Positions 20,001 to 28,867 of a stretch of 64,000 nt of DNA are shown piece by piece. Position numbers and translations under genes: made by a program. Below the pieces are notes generated by a model. It did no database searches, had not been told where the DNA came from, and worked only from the letters and a program-made list of their open reading frames with translations. Source of the DNA: Candidatus Obscuribacteraceae bacterium (GTDB lineage Bacteria; Cyanobacteriota; Vampirovibrionia; Obscuribacterales; Obscuribacteraceae); contig JBGAHS010000011.1 of the NCBI GenBank assembly GCA_044226015.1, positions 1-64,000 of the forward strand, in the 5' to 3' direction. Position 1 is the first letter of the stretch; every line of letters starts with the position of its first letter.

Positions 20001-20389
20001 TAGATTCAAGCAGCGCATCGTCGCAAAAAGCGGATGAGAACGAAGACGCAAGAGACGCTAGCAGTTCACAGCTGCGCAAAAATGTCATCAGCCCTGAGAT
20101 AAAAACACAAACGCAAATCAGAGCAAATTTTGAAACATCAGAAAACGAAATAAGTGAAGACAGATTCTTCAAATCTTACTTAAAGGGTCGAGCAACGCCG
20201 CAAATAGCCGCTTATCATCCAGTTCCGTCCTTATTGGCGCGCTCTGAAAAAGGCAGAGAAGCATTTGCATCAGCCTGGAATAAATTTGTGAGCCCAGGCT
20301 TCATCATTTCCACTGAGGATAAACCAGAACTACTTAATCGTTATTTTGGGCTCAGCGCCAGCCTGGCCCAGCGTCTTCTCTGGGAATAG
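17048..20389 (+). CDS. Large SF2 (DEAD/DEAH, ResIII-like) helicase with a C-terminal hydrophobic hairpin
   Basis: PLRRYQ (Q motif), APPGAGKT (Walker A), DECHH, GLTGTP, GEGWDC, QLRGRSIR; hydrophobic stretch GSLGLFVTAITGLLLAHASLPLLPMLLPVVASLGIAA. Confidence 0.85.
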   Translation: MNSNSEADNANLNLDIDGKGLTEEVPKPPLQSRPRKAKKMPADEILDLEANPLEGLNFRYPLRRYQQEIIELVKLKLEKGERRVHIVAPPGAGKTIIGLQLAAEFKNNTLIISPTTTIQAQWGEKLRSFLPVGQEDFGTEHIIGTHEEKPLKPITVLTYQVLSTPGREIEYLEKLAHQAWVDELASTGMSKGDAELRILEIMQNNIKAHEKEISRHVTRLRRKLTDVLDLKEVVHPNVLTLMQALRRQKFQTVIFDECHHLTDYWAAIMIHLIRNLEDPVVIGLTGTPPEGKSANQENRYISLVGDIDYQVPTPALVREGGLAPFQDLVYFTTPSPEEEHFLEGQHLEFHKLILELAEGAESLLSKWVEHRVENASKNGWTSFAYKNGELACAYLRFMHKYRLPLPDDLEMAENFQQSPFIEDWMVLIEDYALNYLKTSASSDNHLLYERIRAAIAKLGYGLTEKGIRKQASPVDRVLAFSRKKSHAVAEILDVEYRNLGDRLRTAVVTDFERMSATAAKQVKGVLSEESGGAIAVLRELLKTELSAQINPCLVTGSLILVDNRIVQQFQIAMQEMLIAEGYKFEVEVVEHTFEHFSEIRANTGDWEARLYVGLATKCLERGITKVLIGTRGIFGEGWDCQALNTLIDLTTTTTPVSVKQLRGRSIRINTSDPLGARKVANNWDVVCIAPHLEKGLNDYQRFARKHSGYFGICDDGQIECGVGHVHPSFSELSPAEVFANLEDFNQEMKLRALAREGIYELWRVGQPYSNKMLACIEIGKKLRKLSLTPPNLRRDLEYSEHAKMLRANLSGVWVECGSLGLFVTAITGLLLAHASLPLLPMLLPVVASLGIAAKRYQNLYFKLKKEICRPNTQESSLMDMGRAVLTALQQVKLLPPHLNKDSIRLSIRSDGSYRIFLDGVDQPQSVYFVKCLKELLEPIRKQPYLIPKYEYSFPVIKETQKGKAKESDKQKDKESDSKPIANKAIDSSSASSQKADENEDARDASSSQLRKNVISPEIKTQTQIRANFETSENEISEDRFFKSYLKGRATPQIAAYHPVPSLLARSEKGREAFASAWNKFVSPGFIISTEDKPELLNRYFGLSASLAQRLLWE

Positions 20390-20430
20390 TGGTTATACTA
20401 TTCAGTTTCAGGTTTCAGCGGAGATGGGAA

Positions 20431-20775
20431 ATGAGTTGTGAAGACGGCGAAATTGAGTTGATTTCAGCCTGCGATCTAAAGAGTTGTCTGGATAAAAACG
20501 CGGATGTATTTCTTCTTGATGTAAGAGAGCCAAGGGAAGTTGATATATGCACGCTTAGATACAACATGCATATACCAATCGGCGACTTGCGATTCAATCT
20601 TGACAAACTTGAGCCATTCAAGAACAAAGAAATTATTGTCTATTGCAGAACAGGACGTAGAAGCGGAATCGCAGCTGAATTCTTGCTGGAAAAAGGCTTT
20701 TCGAAAGTCAAAAGCTTGCACGGCGGAATTGTCGCGTATAGTGATCAAGTCGATCCTAGCCTGACCAAATACTAG
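20431..20775 (+). CDS. Rhodanese-like domain protein
   Basis: LLDVRE, active-site loop YCRTGRRS, SLHGGI, C-terminal VDPSLTKY resembling MoeB-type rhodanese domains. Confidence 0.88.
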   Translation: MSCEDGEIELISACDLKSCLDKNADVFLLDVREPREVDICTLRYNMHIPIGDLRFNLDKLEPFKNKEIIVYCRTGRRSGIAAEFLLEKGFSKVKSLHGGIVAYSDQVDPSLTKY

Positions 20776-20795
20776 GAAAACGCACAATTTACGAC

Positions 20796-20823
20796 AAAAA
20801 AAACGAGCCTTTAGAGGCTCGTT
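20796..20823 (-). terminator. Intrinsic terminator between convergent genes
   Basis: AACGAGCCT-TTAG-AGGCTCGTT hairpin preceded by an A-run (U-tract on the minus strand). Confidence 0.75.
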
Positions 20824-20847
20824 GTCATTTATGCTTCAGATGCGCGA

Positions 20848-21141
20848 TTACATCGGAACTGCATCACCAAGGATAAGAACCTTATCTGTACTTGGTCTGC
20901 TTCCAACTGGATTATCGAGCTTCTGTGGAATCTTCTTTCTGATGTCGATCTTCTTTTCTTGTTGCTTGATCAAAGTCTCAATAGCTTTTTTGATGGTCGC
21001 ATCATTGACGACAACGGGCGCAGCTTGCTGACCACCCATGACACCTACCGTCTGGTTGGTGTCCGGTTCGTTTGCGAAAACCGGAAGGGTCATCGCAAGA
21101 GCGGAGAGAGAAGACAAAATTACTGTGTGTGTTTTATTCAT
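20848..21141 (-). CDS. Small hypothetical exported protein
   Basis: Signal peptide MNKTHTVILSSLSALAMTLPVFA; followed by a terminator. Confidence 0.6.
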   Translation of the reverse strand: MNKTHTVILSSLSALAMTLPVFANEPDTNQTVGVMGGQQAAPVVVNDATIKKAIETLIKQQEKKIDIRKKIPQKLDNPVGSRPSTDKVLILGDAVPM

Positions 21142-21455
21142 GCCTGCAGTATAAACCTGTTTTTTCGACTTGCAAAGCGTGTTTCTTATCCTTTAATGCT
21201 TTAAAGTGCGGATTATACGAAATTCATCACCTTTGCAAGACTTGCCAAGAGACTACGTCTACACAGTTTAGTTCCCACTAATATTTCAATGAGTTTTGCT
21301 GTATTCTCCTGGCTTGTCTTTCGCTGTCGGTAGCAGCCTCGCTGATACCACCAATGGTGACTAAAAGCACTGAAAAGCAAAAGCCACCGTGCTTCCAAAA
21401 CAAAAGCCACTGCTATTAAACAGCGGCTCCTATTACTCTAATAGTCATGGCTCAA

Positions 21456-22145
21456 TCAGATTGAAGGTTGATTCCAATTGCTTCCAGCAAGAAGCGCACC
21501 CTCAAGATTGGCACCGAATAGATCAGCTCCAAAGAGGTTGGCTCCAGACAAATCTGCTCCAGACAAATTTGCTCCACGCAGATTTGCACCAGAAAGATCA
21601 GCGTAATGGAAATTGCAATGACGCAAATCAGCGGACACTAAGCATGCGTTCCTCAGATTCGAATCCATGAAGTTTCCGCCTATCACAATTGCGCGGGCAA
21701 GGTTTGCCCCAGCAAGGTTTGATCCGCGAAAACGACCATTCGAAAGAAAGGCATAGGATAAATCAGCAAACGCTAGATAGGTGCCATCGAGGCAAATACC
21801 ATCACGAACCATATCTTCCAAATCGCTTCTTTTCAAATCGGGATTGGATTCTGTCTGATTTGCACAATTAGATTTTTGTTGCTTTGCATATTGCAAATGA
21901 GAAATCGGTTTTAGTCTTCCTGGCGCTTTTGCCAGGCTAGATGAACTCCAGCGCTTGTTGCCAGCTTTGTTAGTCACTGGAACTGCCTGTGGTTTACCTG
22001 TCAATCCAGAAAAGAAATCCTGAATCGTTGAGATTATTGTTTGCAGAAATCCGCTTCCTGCCGGCTTCTTTAACTGGTGCATTGTCTTTGGCTCCGTTGA
22101 CGACACACGCTCCAGGATTAATATTATTAAGAGCGGTCTTAGCAA
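21456..22145 (-). CDS. Pentapeptide repeat protein
   Basis: Long run of A(D/N)Lxx repeats (ADLSG ANLRG ANLSG ADLSG ANLFG ADLFG ANLEG); start may be ATG 22082. Confidence 0.85.
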   Translation of the reverse strand: MLRPLLIILILERVSSTEPKTMHQLKKPAGSGFLQTIISTIQDFFSGLTGKPQAVPVTNKAGNKRWSSSSLAKAPGRLKPISHLQYAKQQKSNCANQTESNPDLKRSDLEDMVRDGICLDGTYLAFADLSYAFLSNGRFRGSNLAGANLARAIVIGGNFMDSNLRNACLVSADLRHCNFHYADLSGANLRGANLSGADLSGANLFGADLFGANLEGALLAGSNWNQPSI

Positions 22146-22312
22146 GCCATGGTAAAAATACGCTCATGAGAAACTGCACATCTTTGAAAACACTCTCCCC
22201 TTAAGGGTCCTCGGAGCTGTCAAGAGCCTGTGACACTTCATTTCGAGAACAATGTGTAATTGAACAGTGCTTTTGCGCTTTTGCGCTATATTCGATTTAC
22301 GGAGAAATTTGC

Positions 22313-22345
22313 AAAAACGCCGCAGTTTTTTTTTTCTGCGGCGTT
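22313..22345 (-). terminator. Intrinsic terminator downstream of 22411-22842
   Basis: Perfect 10-bp stem AACGCCGCAG/CTGCGGCGTT with a 10-nt homopolymer loop; U-tract on the minus strand. Confidence 0.65.
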
Positions 22346-22410
22346 CTTTCACTGAGCTGCCCCGTGCGCCAGTCAAACGACAATGGCGCTGCGAACGGAA
22401 AGGTTTGCAA

Positions 22411-22842
22411 CTAGTTGCCCGAAGTTTCTTTTCTAACTTCTTTCACTGTTGAAGTAGAACCATCTGGTCCAACTGTTGTAGCTGAACTCGATTTCTGATG
22501 GGCAGAACCAAAGTCGCTTACTGAGTGACTCTCATGCTGTTTTGAAGATGAGACGCTGCCATCCATATTCTCTTGTACGTTGGTTTTGGTTTTCGAAACC
22601 TTCGCTCCGTCCGGACCTGCTGAAGCGCTGTAAGCCTTTGTTTTGGTTTGTCCTGGGACAGACTCTGCCTTATAAACTGATTTGCTGCTACCTACAGCGT
22701 TTGATGATGATTCAACCTTCGTTGTTGAACTGCTGACTGGAGTGCTTGTTTGCACTGTTGTCGAACTGGTTTCATCTGCCATAGCTGGTGCGAAGTTGAC
22801 TGCGCTCAAAGCTACCGCAACCAATAGTGTTTGACGAATCAT
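22411..22842 (-). CDS. Hypothetical exported Ser/Thr-rich protein
   Basis: Signal peptide ending AMA-D; AGGAG RBS; low-complexity S/T/K body. Confidence 0.7.
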   Translation of the reverse strand: MIRQTLLVAVALSAVNFAPAMADETSSTTVQTSTPVSSSTTKVESSSNAVGSSKSVYKAESVPGQTKTKAYSASAGPDGAKVSKTKTNVQENMDGSVSSSKQHESHSVSDFGSAHQKSSSATTVGPDGSTSTVKEVRKETSGN

Positions 22843-22976
22843 TTAATTTCTCCTGGAAAGTAGAACCATACTCGATTGTCTGAATGCCATTCATACGAAG
22901 CCATTCACATGTTCTACTTGAGCTAAGGTGCAGTCGCCAGAAATTAGTTCCCGAACTTCAGAGAATTATGAACGAT

Positions 22977-23006
22977 AAAAAAGAGAGCCTCACTTGGAGG
23001 CTCTCT
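22977..23006 (-). terminator. Intrinsic terminator downstream of 23029-24093
   Basis: AGAGAGCCTC-ACTTG-GAGGCTCTCT preceded by an A-run. Confidence 0.8.
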
Positions 23007-23028
23007 CATACTTTATTCTGCTAATCGA

Positions 23029-24093
23029 TTAAGCAAGGGCTGCAGCAAGCGGTCCTGGTGCTTTGACTTTGGACCTCTCGGTTTCTTCCATGTCTTCGAT
23101 TTCAATTGCCCAAACATAGAGGCAAGTGTAGAAAGCTGATCTTATATATATGGATGTAGCGGTCACCATAATTAGCGCTGCACCCCAGAAGAGTCCAGTC
23201 AACAAAACTGGTGGAGAGAACAAGGCTTTGGCGTAGAAGGCAGCGGCTGCACCGGCTCCACCAACGGTCCACAAACCGTAGGTGAATAGGCGGCAAATTA
23301 AATCAACACCTACTTCTCCAATTCCTATTGTGAGCAAACTGCCTTGAGCGATTTTGTCAGCACGCTTGAGACCGCCTACAAAAGAACATCCTTCAATTAC
23401 TATCGCTGGCAAAATCAAATGTCCAGCTAGAGTCCAGAAAACTTCAACGATGCCAGCGAGGAAATTGAATCCCATACCGAGCATGCCGGAGTGATTCTTA
23501 TTGCGCAGGAAGCTAGCAATTTTCTTGGCAATGAAGGTAACGATGCCGAGCATCACGATGGCTGGCAAGCTCTGAAACACTGCCGAGCAAGCTTTCGAGA
23601 ATTCGCCTGAACCCTTACCTTCAGTGAGGTGACTGTAAACCATTGCGGTGGTTACACCTTCAAGGAAACGGTTGGTAAGCCACCATATCGACATTAAAGA
23701 GAACACGATAATCATGTTATCTGTGGTGAACATAGGAGCAATGGCGTCCCAGTTAAATCCAAAACCACTGGTATCAGTGGGTCCATTAATCTGCATGTTT
23801 CCAATTAACGAACCAGCAGATGGCAAACTACCAGGTAGAAGACCGTTTGACGGCGAACTAGCCATCTGACCTGCGTGTCCAGCAGCAGCAGCTCCTGGTC
23901 CACCTTGCATCAGCGCACCGGCTTTGCCAGCTTGATGTCCCATTTGCTTAATTCCATCAAGAAAAAAGATGAAACCGAAAAGCATGTTGGTGAAAACGGT
24001 AAGAATGGATGGAATCAACAGACGTTTGTCTTGCCAGCCCATTTTGATGCTGGCCCATATCATCCGGAAGCCTCTAGAAAACGAATCGAACAT
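23029..24093 (-). CDS. Multi-pass membrane protein, DUF6159-like
   Basis: MFDSFSRGFRMIWASIKMGWQDKRLLIPSI N-terminus, ILPAIVIEG motif, several TM helices, Gly/Ala-rich loop insert. Confidence 0.6.
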   Translation of the reverse strand: MFDSFSRGFRMIWASIKMGWQDKRLLIPSILTVFTNMLFGFIFFLDGIKQMGHQAGKAGALMQGGPGAAAAGHAGQMASSPSNGLLPGSLPSAGSLIGNMQINGPTDTSGFGFNWDAIAPMFTTDNMIIVFSLMSIWWLTNRFLEGVTTAMVYSHLTEGKGSGEFSKACSAVFQSLPAIVMLGIVTFIAKKIASFLRNKNHSGMLGMGFNFLAGIVEVFWTLAGHLILPAIVIEGCSFVGGLKRADKIAQGSLLTIGIGEVGVDLICRLFTYGLWTVGGAGAAAAFYAKALFSPPVLLTGLFWGAALIMVTATSIYIRSAFYTCLYVWAIEIEDMEETERSKVKAPGPLAAALA

Positions 24094-24368
24094 CGCAAAA
24101 ACCCTCAAGGGTTGGGCATACAAAAAAACTGGTCAAATTTGTTGATTTAGTAAGAAGCGGACTTTCCTGTAAAGCCAGAGCAGATTAGCCCATCTGAATA
24201 GTGCCTATATTCTAACGAGTTGCCAAGCGAATGTAAAGCGATTTTAACCATTTAAATGCTTCTTTCACAGGGTTTTAGCGTTTCTTCTCTGCTATTGGCC
24301 CGGGTCGGGTCTCCAAAATCGAACAAATCCAGAACTAGATAACGTTGCAGAGAAGAAGTTTAGGAAGA

Positions 24369-26210
24369 TTACCGCGATTTCTCGATTTCCACATCCTCTT
24401 TTTCGTATAAACCATCAAGTAAGTCTTTGAATTTTTCAGTGACAAATTTGCGTTTAAGTTTAAGGGTGGGTGTTAATTCGTTTGTTTCAATGCTGAAATC
24501 GTTTTCGAGAATAAGGAAGCGCTTAATCTGCTCAAAGCTTGCCAGAGTTGCATTGCAATCATTGATTTGCTTCTGAACTGTTTCAAGCACTTTGCTGTGC
24601 TTGCTCATGTCTTCAGCGCTCGTGAAGCTTATGGATTGCTGCTCTGCAAATGATTTCAACTCATCTGCGTTAAGCGTGATGAGTGCAGTGATGTATTTGC
24701 GCCGATCTCCATATACGAGAATTCGACTGATTAAACCCTGTCCCGCAAGCTTGTTCTCAAGAAATTGAGGAGCAACGTGTTTGCCACCAGCAGTGATGAT
24801 GATGTCCTTCTTGCGATCCTTTATCTGCAGATAACCATCTGAATCAAACTCGCCAATATCACCAGTCAAGAACCATCCGTCCTTGAATGCTGCATCAGTG
24901 GCTTCTTGATTTTTGTAGTAACCTTGAAAGACGCTAGGACCTCGTACAAGAATTTCACCATCATCGGCAATGCGAACTTCCAATCCAGGCAAGGGTCTTC
25001 CCACAGTGCCTCTGCGATTGGTGGCAGGCTTGTTGCAAGCTATAGGTGCTGTAGACTCAGTCAAGCCATAACCTTCTAAAATTGGAATTCCGATTGAACA
25101 AAAAAACTGGTGCACCTCGGTAGATAGCGGAGCAGCTCCGGAAACCATGAAGCGAAGCCGTCCGCCAAAGCGTTGACGAATTTTCCGAAAAACAAATCTG
25201 TCAGCAATTCTAAGTTCGGTCCGATAGATTTGTCGAGCAACTTCTTTGTTGCCATTGCTTTCTTCTTGCTCTGCTTTCAGCGCTCGCCGCCCCAGAGATA
25301 GTGCCCAACGAGCAAAATATTGTTGGGGAGTTGGCAGCAGCCTTATGTTACTCTGAATCTTGTTATAAGCCTTCTCGTAGAAACGCGGCACCGCATTCAT
25401 GATAGTTGGCTTCACCTCAGTAATGTTCTGTGCGACAAGCTCCATCGATTCAGCAAAAGCCAGGGGAATCCCCTCGTAAATAGCCATAAACTGGCCGCCA
25501 ACGCGCTCGAAGATATGAGACAAAGGCAAAAACGAAAGCGCCACATCATCTTGTTTAAAACCGACATTCGCACTGATTGTCTTGCAAACGTAGAGAATAT
25601 TCGAATGTGCGATCATCGCACCCTTAGGTACTCCGGTCGTTCCTGAAGTATAAACAATGGTGGCAAGAGAACCTGACTCGACATGCGACAAGCGAGCAGA
25701 GACACAGTCATGTTGCTGATTTAATCGCTGTGCTCCAATTGCCAAAAATTCATCCCAAGCAAAAACTGGAATTGCAATTTCATCTTGGGCATCACCTTCC
25801 AGAAGCACTACGAACTTCAGCTTTTCAGGAAGACTGCTGATGCTTGCTAGTTTTCTGAGTTGTCGCGGATTTTCGAGAAAGACGGCCGCAGCTTCACTGT
25901 GTTGCAAAACAAAATCGCATTCTTGCGCGTTCAATGATGGATAGATTGGTACAGTTACCGCAGCAATCGATAAGATGCCCATGTCAGCCCAAGTCCAACG
26001 AGAGCAGCTTGATGAGCTTATAGCGACCTTTGAATTTGCCTCTATACCCTTATCAATCAGTGCTGCTGCAATCTTCTCTGCAATAGCACCTGATTCAAGC
26101 CACTTAACCGATTTGTATGCTCCATCAACCTTGTGCATGATGGAGATCTTTTCAGGTGTTTTATCAACCCTGTGCCAGAAAACATCAACGATGGTTCTGA
26201 AGTCAGTCAT
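24369..26210 (-). CDS. Long-chain fatty acid-CoA ligase (AMP-dependent synthetase)
   Basis: YTSGTTGVPKG, FLPLSHIFER, EGYGLTE, GWFLTGDIG, DRKKDIII, ELTPTLKLKR. Confidence 0.93.
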   Translation of the reverse strand: MTDFRTIVDVFWHRVDKTPEKISIMHKVDGAYKSVKWLESGAIAEKIAAALIDKGIEANSKVAISSSSCSRWTWADMGILSIAAVTVPIYPSLNAQECDFVLQHSEAAAVFLENPRQLRKLASISSLPEKLKFVVLLEGDAQDEIAIPVFAWDEFLAIGAQRLNQQHDCVSARLSHVESGSLATIVYTSGTTGVPKGAMIAHSNILYVCKTISANVGFKQDDVALSFLPLSHIFERVGGQFMAIYEGIPLAFAESMELVAQNITEVKPTIMNAVPRFYEKAYNKIQSNIRLLPTPQQYFARWALSLGRRALKAEQEESNGNKEVARQIYRTELRIADRFVFRKIRQRFGGRLRFMVSGAAPLSTEVHQFFCSIGIPILEGYGLTESTAPIACNKPATNRRGTVGRPLPGLEVRIADDGEILVRGPSVFQGYYKNQEATDAAFKDGWFLTGDIGEFDSDGYLQIKDRKKDIIITAGGKHVAPQFLENKLAGQGLISRILVYGDRRKYITALITLNADELKSFAEQQSISFTSAEDMSKHSKVLETVQKQINDCNATLASFEQIKRFLILENDFSIETNELTPTLKLKRKFVTEKFKDLLDGLYEKEDVEIEKSR

Positions 26211-26533
26211 TCAGCCTTCCCACTCACATTTGCTCTTAACCATTCCAAGTAAGGTGGATAACCCTCAGCAATTGAGAAACTGATTATTTCAGGAACCTCA
26301 TAGGGATGAATCTCCTTCATTCTATTCTCAAATTCTTTCCACTTACTCTTTGTTGTTTTTACTATCAACATTTGTTCTTCTTCGTTTTCGACTTGCCCCT
26401 GCCACATGTAAATCGAACGGACAGAAGGAATGATATTCACGCATGCGACCAGTTTCTCCGCAACCACGATATGAGCTATTTCCTGACCCTTTTCTGGAGG
26501 ACAGGTTATGAAGCCAATGAGTTCTTCAGACAT
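26207..26533 (-). CDS. cutA: Divalent-cation tolerance protein CutA
   Basis: KLVACVNIIP, SIYMWQG, HPYEVPEI, YLEWL. Confidence 0.95.
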   Translation of the reverse strand: MSEELIGFITCPPEKGQEIAHIVVAEKLVACVNIIPSVRSIYMWQGQVENEEEQMLIVKTTKSKWKEFENRMKEIHPYEVPEIISFSIAEGYPPYLEWLRANVSGKAE

Positions 26534-27612
26534 TAGCTGGCGCTCCGCAAAAGTTCCGTGCCGGTTTCTTTGATAAATTGACTTACTGCATCGCTCAACT
26601 GCACAAAAGTCTGCGGCTGCAAACGTGGCATGCGGAAACGACGATGCACGCGCATAGTCATTACCGGAACCGATAGAGTCTGAGAGATGAAACGCATCAT
26701 CGCCTTTACGTCATTATCTGGATCGCGCACAATAACTTGATCAATTGGGGAAATTTTCATTCGCAAGTGCGAACTGATTTCTTGAATCTGGTTTACGTCT
26801 GGTCCCATTTGTTCGAGCACTACAGCAGATGACTCATGCCAGTTTAGTCCGAGCACAATCAGAACAAGTCCAATTTTTCCAGACTTGATAATGTCTGCGA
26901 CAGCCCTGACATACGGTGTTTCAAGATAGGTGCAGGGGTCCGCAGGAGAGCAGTAAGTGCTGATTGCAGCATGACACCGCGACATTCTATGCAGACTCGA
27001 GGCAAATGCACCGGTAAATACTTCGGGCTCGAGAAACTCACCATCTCTAAAATAAGCAGTTGCGTGCGGCGCCAGAGTCAGAACAGGTAAGTCGCCACCG
27101 AAAAACTGATAGTCTTGCTGCCCTGCCGGAGGGTATTCCTCGTAGCGTCCTGAGAGTCCAGACTCAAACTGCAATGCCCAGTTTAGAATGTCAGTTTGAA
27201 GACTTTCTTCGATCAGGAAGTCCAATGCATTATTGATATCACCAAAACGGGCCTGCGAATGCGTCAGAACCCAAGGCGAGAATGGTGATGGTCCAACGAC
27301 CGTAACTTTTTTTCCTCTGCGATGAGCATAAAAGATCTCCATCGCAGTTCCGTAAGACGGCTTATTGAGATTTGCAAGCAGCGCATCACTCTGGTCGATA
27401 AGGTCAAGGGCTCGGCGAACTCTCTGTTCAACACTGTCAATGCGCTCGTGGTCGACGGCATCAGTGGGAATAACCCAATCAATTGGGTTGACAACGCGCA
27501 ATCCGTAACGTTGTAACTTAGTAATTGCCAGGGACCGCCAATCTGGCTGAGGAGCCATTGGGACCAATTCCGACATTTCAACTACTTCGTGGGTGATATA
27601 AATAGAGGACAT
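26533..27612 (-). CDS. Fusion of a nucleoside 2-deoxyribosyltransferase-like domain and a degenerate N-formylglutamate-amidohydrolase-like domain
   Basis: N-terminal VVNP, LDLIDQSDALLA, SYGTAMEIFYAHRRGKKV, SPW; C-terminal LPVLTLAPHAT...FTGAFA...DP. Confidence 0.55.
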   Translation of the reverse strand: MSSIYITHEVVEMSELVPMAPQPDWRSLAITKLQRYGLRVVNPIDWVIPTDAVDHERIDSVEQRVRRALDLIDQSDALLANLNKPSYGTAMEIFYAHRRGKKVTVVGPSPFSPWVLTHSQARFGDINNALDFLIEESLQTDILNWALQFESGLSGRYEEYPPAGQQDYQFFGGDLPVLTLAPHATAYFRDGEFLEPEVFTGAFASSLHRMSRCHAAISTYCSPADPCTYLETPYVRAVADIIKSGKIGLVLIVLGLNWHESSAVVLEQMGPDVNQIQEISSHLRMKISPIDQVIVRDPDNDVKAMMRFISQTLSVPVMTMRVHRRFRMPRLQPQTFVQLSDAVSQFIKETGTELLRSAS

Positions 27613-27739
27613 AAGTGTGAGCCAAAATCCGAACTATGCCTCTTTATATACCACAGAAAGTCTCGCTCAGAGCCGGAATTAACATGTAATGGCCGATTGA
27701 TATGAGATTTTACCCCATGGAGATATCCGGTAAATAACC

Positions 27740-28282
27740 ATGCAGACAAAGATTCAAGCATCCGCCCCAAAGGAAAACAAGAGATATAGCTGCGAAAACC
27801 GGCTGCGCAAACAGTCTTCGCTGCTTCCGCTCCTTTCGATACTGCTCATATCTCTAAGTGGATGTACTGCCCATCAGCAATCTGATGCGCCAGCAACTGT
27901 AGATCAGTCCCAGACTCAGACTGTAAATGCCGACGGAACCCAGCAGCAAAACAGCCAGGCCGATGTACTGACAGCTCAACGCATTCGTGCAAAGAAAGTT
28001 GAGCTGATATTTTCGGCGCCAGTTTGTCGTATTTTGCCAGATGACACAAAAGGATTGCCCCACCAACTATTCCTGGTACAGCTTGCAAACGGTTCGAGCG
28101 TCAAAGTTGCTCATGACACCAAGTACGCGCCAAAAGTGCCAATTCAAGTTGGTGACACTGTCACTATCAAAGGCGAATATATTTGGAACCGCAAAGGTGG
28201 CGTAATTCACTGGACGCACCATAGCGACAATCCGCGTCATGAGGGTGGCTACATAGACTTTGGCGGAAAACGATACGAGTAA
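27740..28282 (+). CDS. DUF3465-family lipoprotein (OB-fold-like)
   Basis: Lipobox LSGC; ILPDDTKGLPHQLF, VAHD, GEYIWNRKGGVIHWTHH, HEGGYI. Confidence 0.8.
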   Translation: MQTKIQASAPKENKRYSCENRLRKQSSLLPLLSILLISLSGCTAHQQSDAPATVDQSQTQTVNADGTQQQNSQADVLTAQRIRAKKVELIFSAPVCRILPDDTKGLPHQLFLVQLANGSSVKVAHDTKYAPKVPIQVGDTVTIKGEYIWNRKGGVIHWTHHSDNPRHEGGYIDFGGKRYE

Positions 28283-28780
28283 TTAGCGACCGATTAATCG
28301 CGTTACCTTAGGCGGCATGAACCATTTCAGTATGCCAGGACCAGTTGGTGGCATGTCAAAGATGTCGATGCGAGCAACTGCAGCCTTCTTGAAAGGCATG
28401 GGAAACTCAGCTTGCAACAAGGTCTGCGCGAGTTCTCCCATATCAGGCTCATGGCCAAAAAGCGCAATTGCGTGAGATTTTTGATGATGCTTCAAAAAAC
28501 GAAAGAGCTGTGGAGTGTCCATCCCAGGACACAGAGCATCGCAGATTTCCAGCTCGGCTTCCATTTTAAAAACATCGGAAAAGATCGCGGCGGTTTGCCT
28601 GGCGCGCACATAGGGACTTGAGACCAGGAGGTCAAGTTTGACTCCAAGTTTCTTGATTCCCTTTGCTACGAGCTCGGTTTCCTCTATTCCTTCGGCAGTC
28701 AATGGTCGTTGAGCATCCGTTTTAATCTCGCCACCAATTCCATCGACAGCTATGCCGTGCCGAACGAGAAAGAGTTTCAT
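28283..28780 (-). CDS. sixA: Phosphohistidine phosphatase SixA
   Basis: LVRHGIA, RPLT.EG, SSPYVRARQTA, GHEP, FKKAAV. Confidence 0.92.
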   Translation of the reverse strand: MKLFLVRHGIAVDGIGGEIKTDAQRPLTAEGIEETELVAKGIKKLGVKLDLLVSSPYVRARQTAAIFSDVFKMEAELEICDALCPGMDTPQLFRFLKHHQKSHAIALFGHEPDMGELAQTLLQAEFPMPFKKAAVARIDIFDMPPTGPGILKWFMPPKVTRLIGR

Positions 28781-28867
28781 TCAAACCTCCGATTTCTTGA
28801 ATCTGCCAGATCGGCTGAAAGGGAAAAAATAGTATCATTATCATCCCGAGTTCTTCTAGAAAAAGTA

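Noticed and set aside
17048..20389. Type III restriction enzyme Res subunit
   Set aside because: No adjacent Mod methyltransferase and no recognisable PD-(D/E)xK nuclease motif.
28709..28867. N-terminal extension of RuvX
   Set aside because: It overlaps the divergent sixA start; the domain begins right after ATG 28868.
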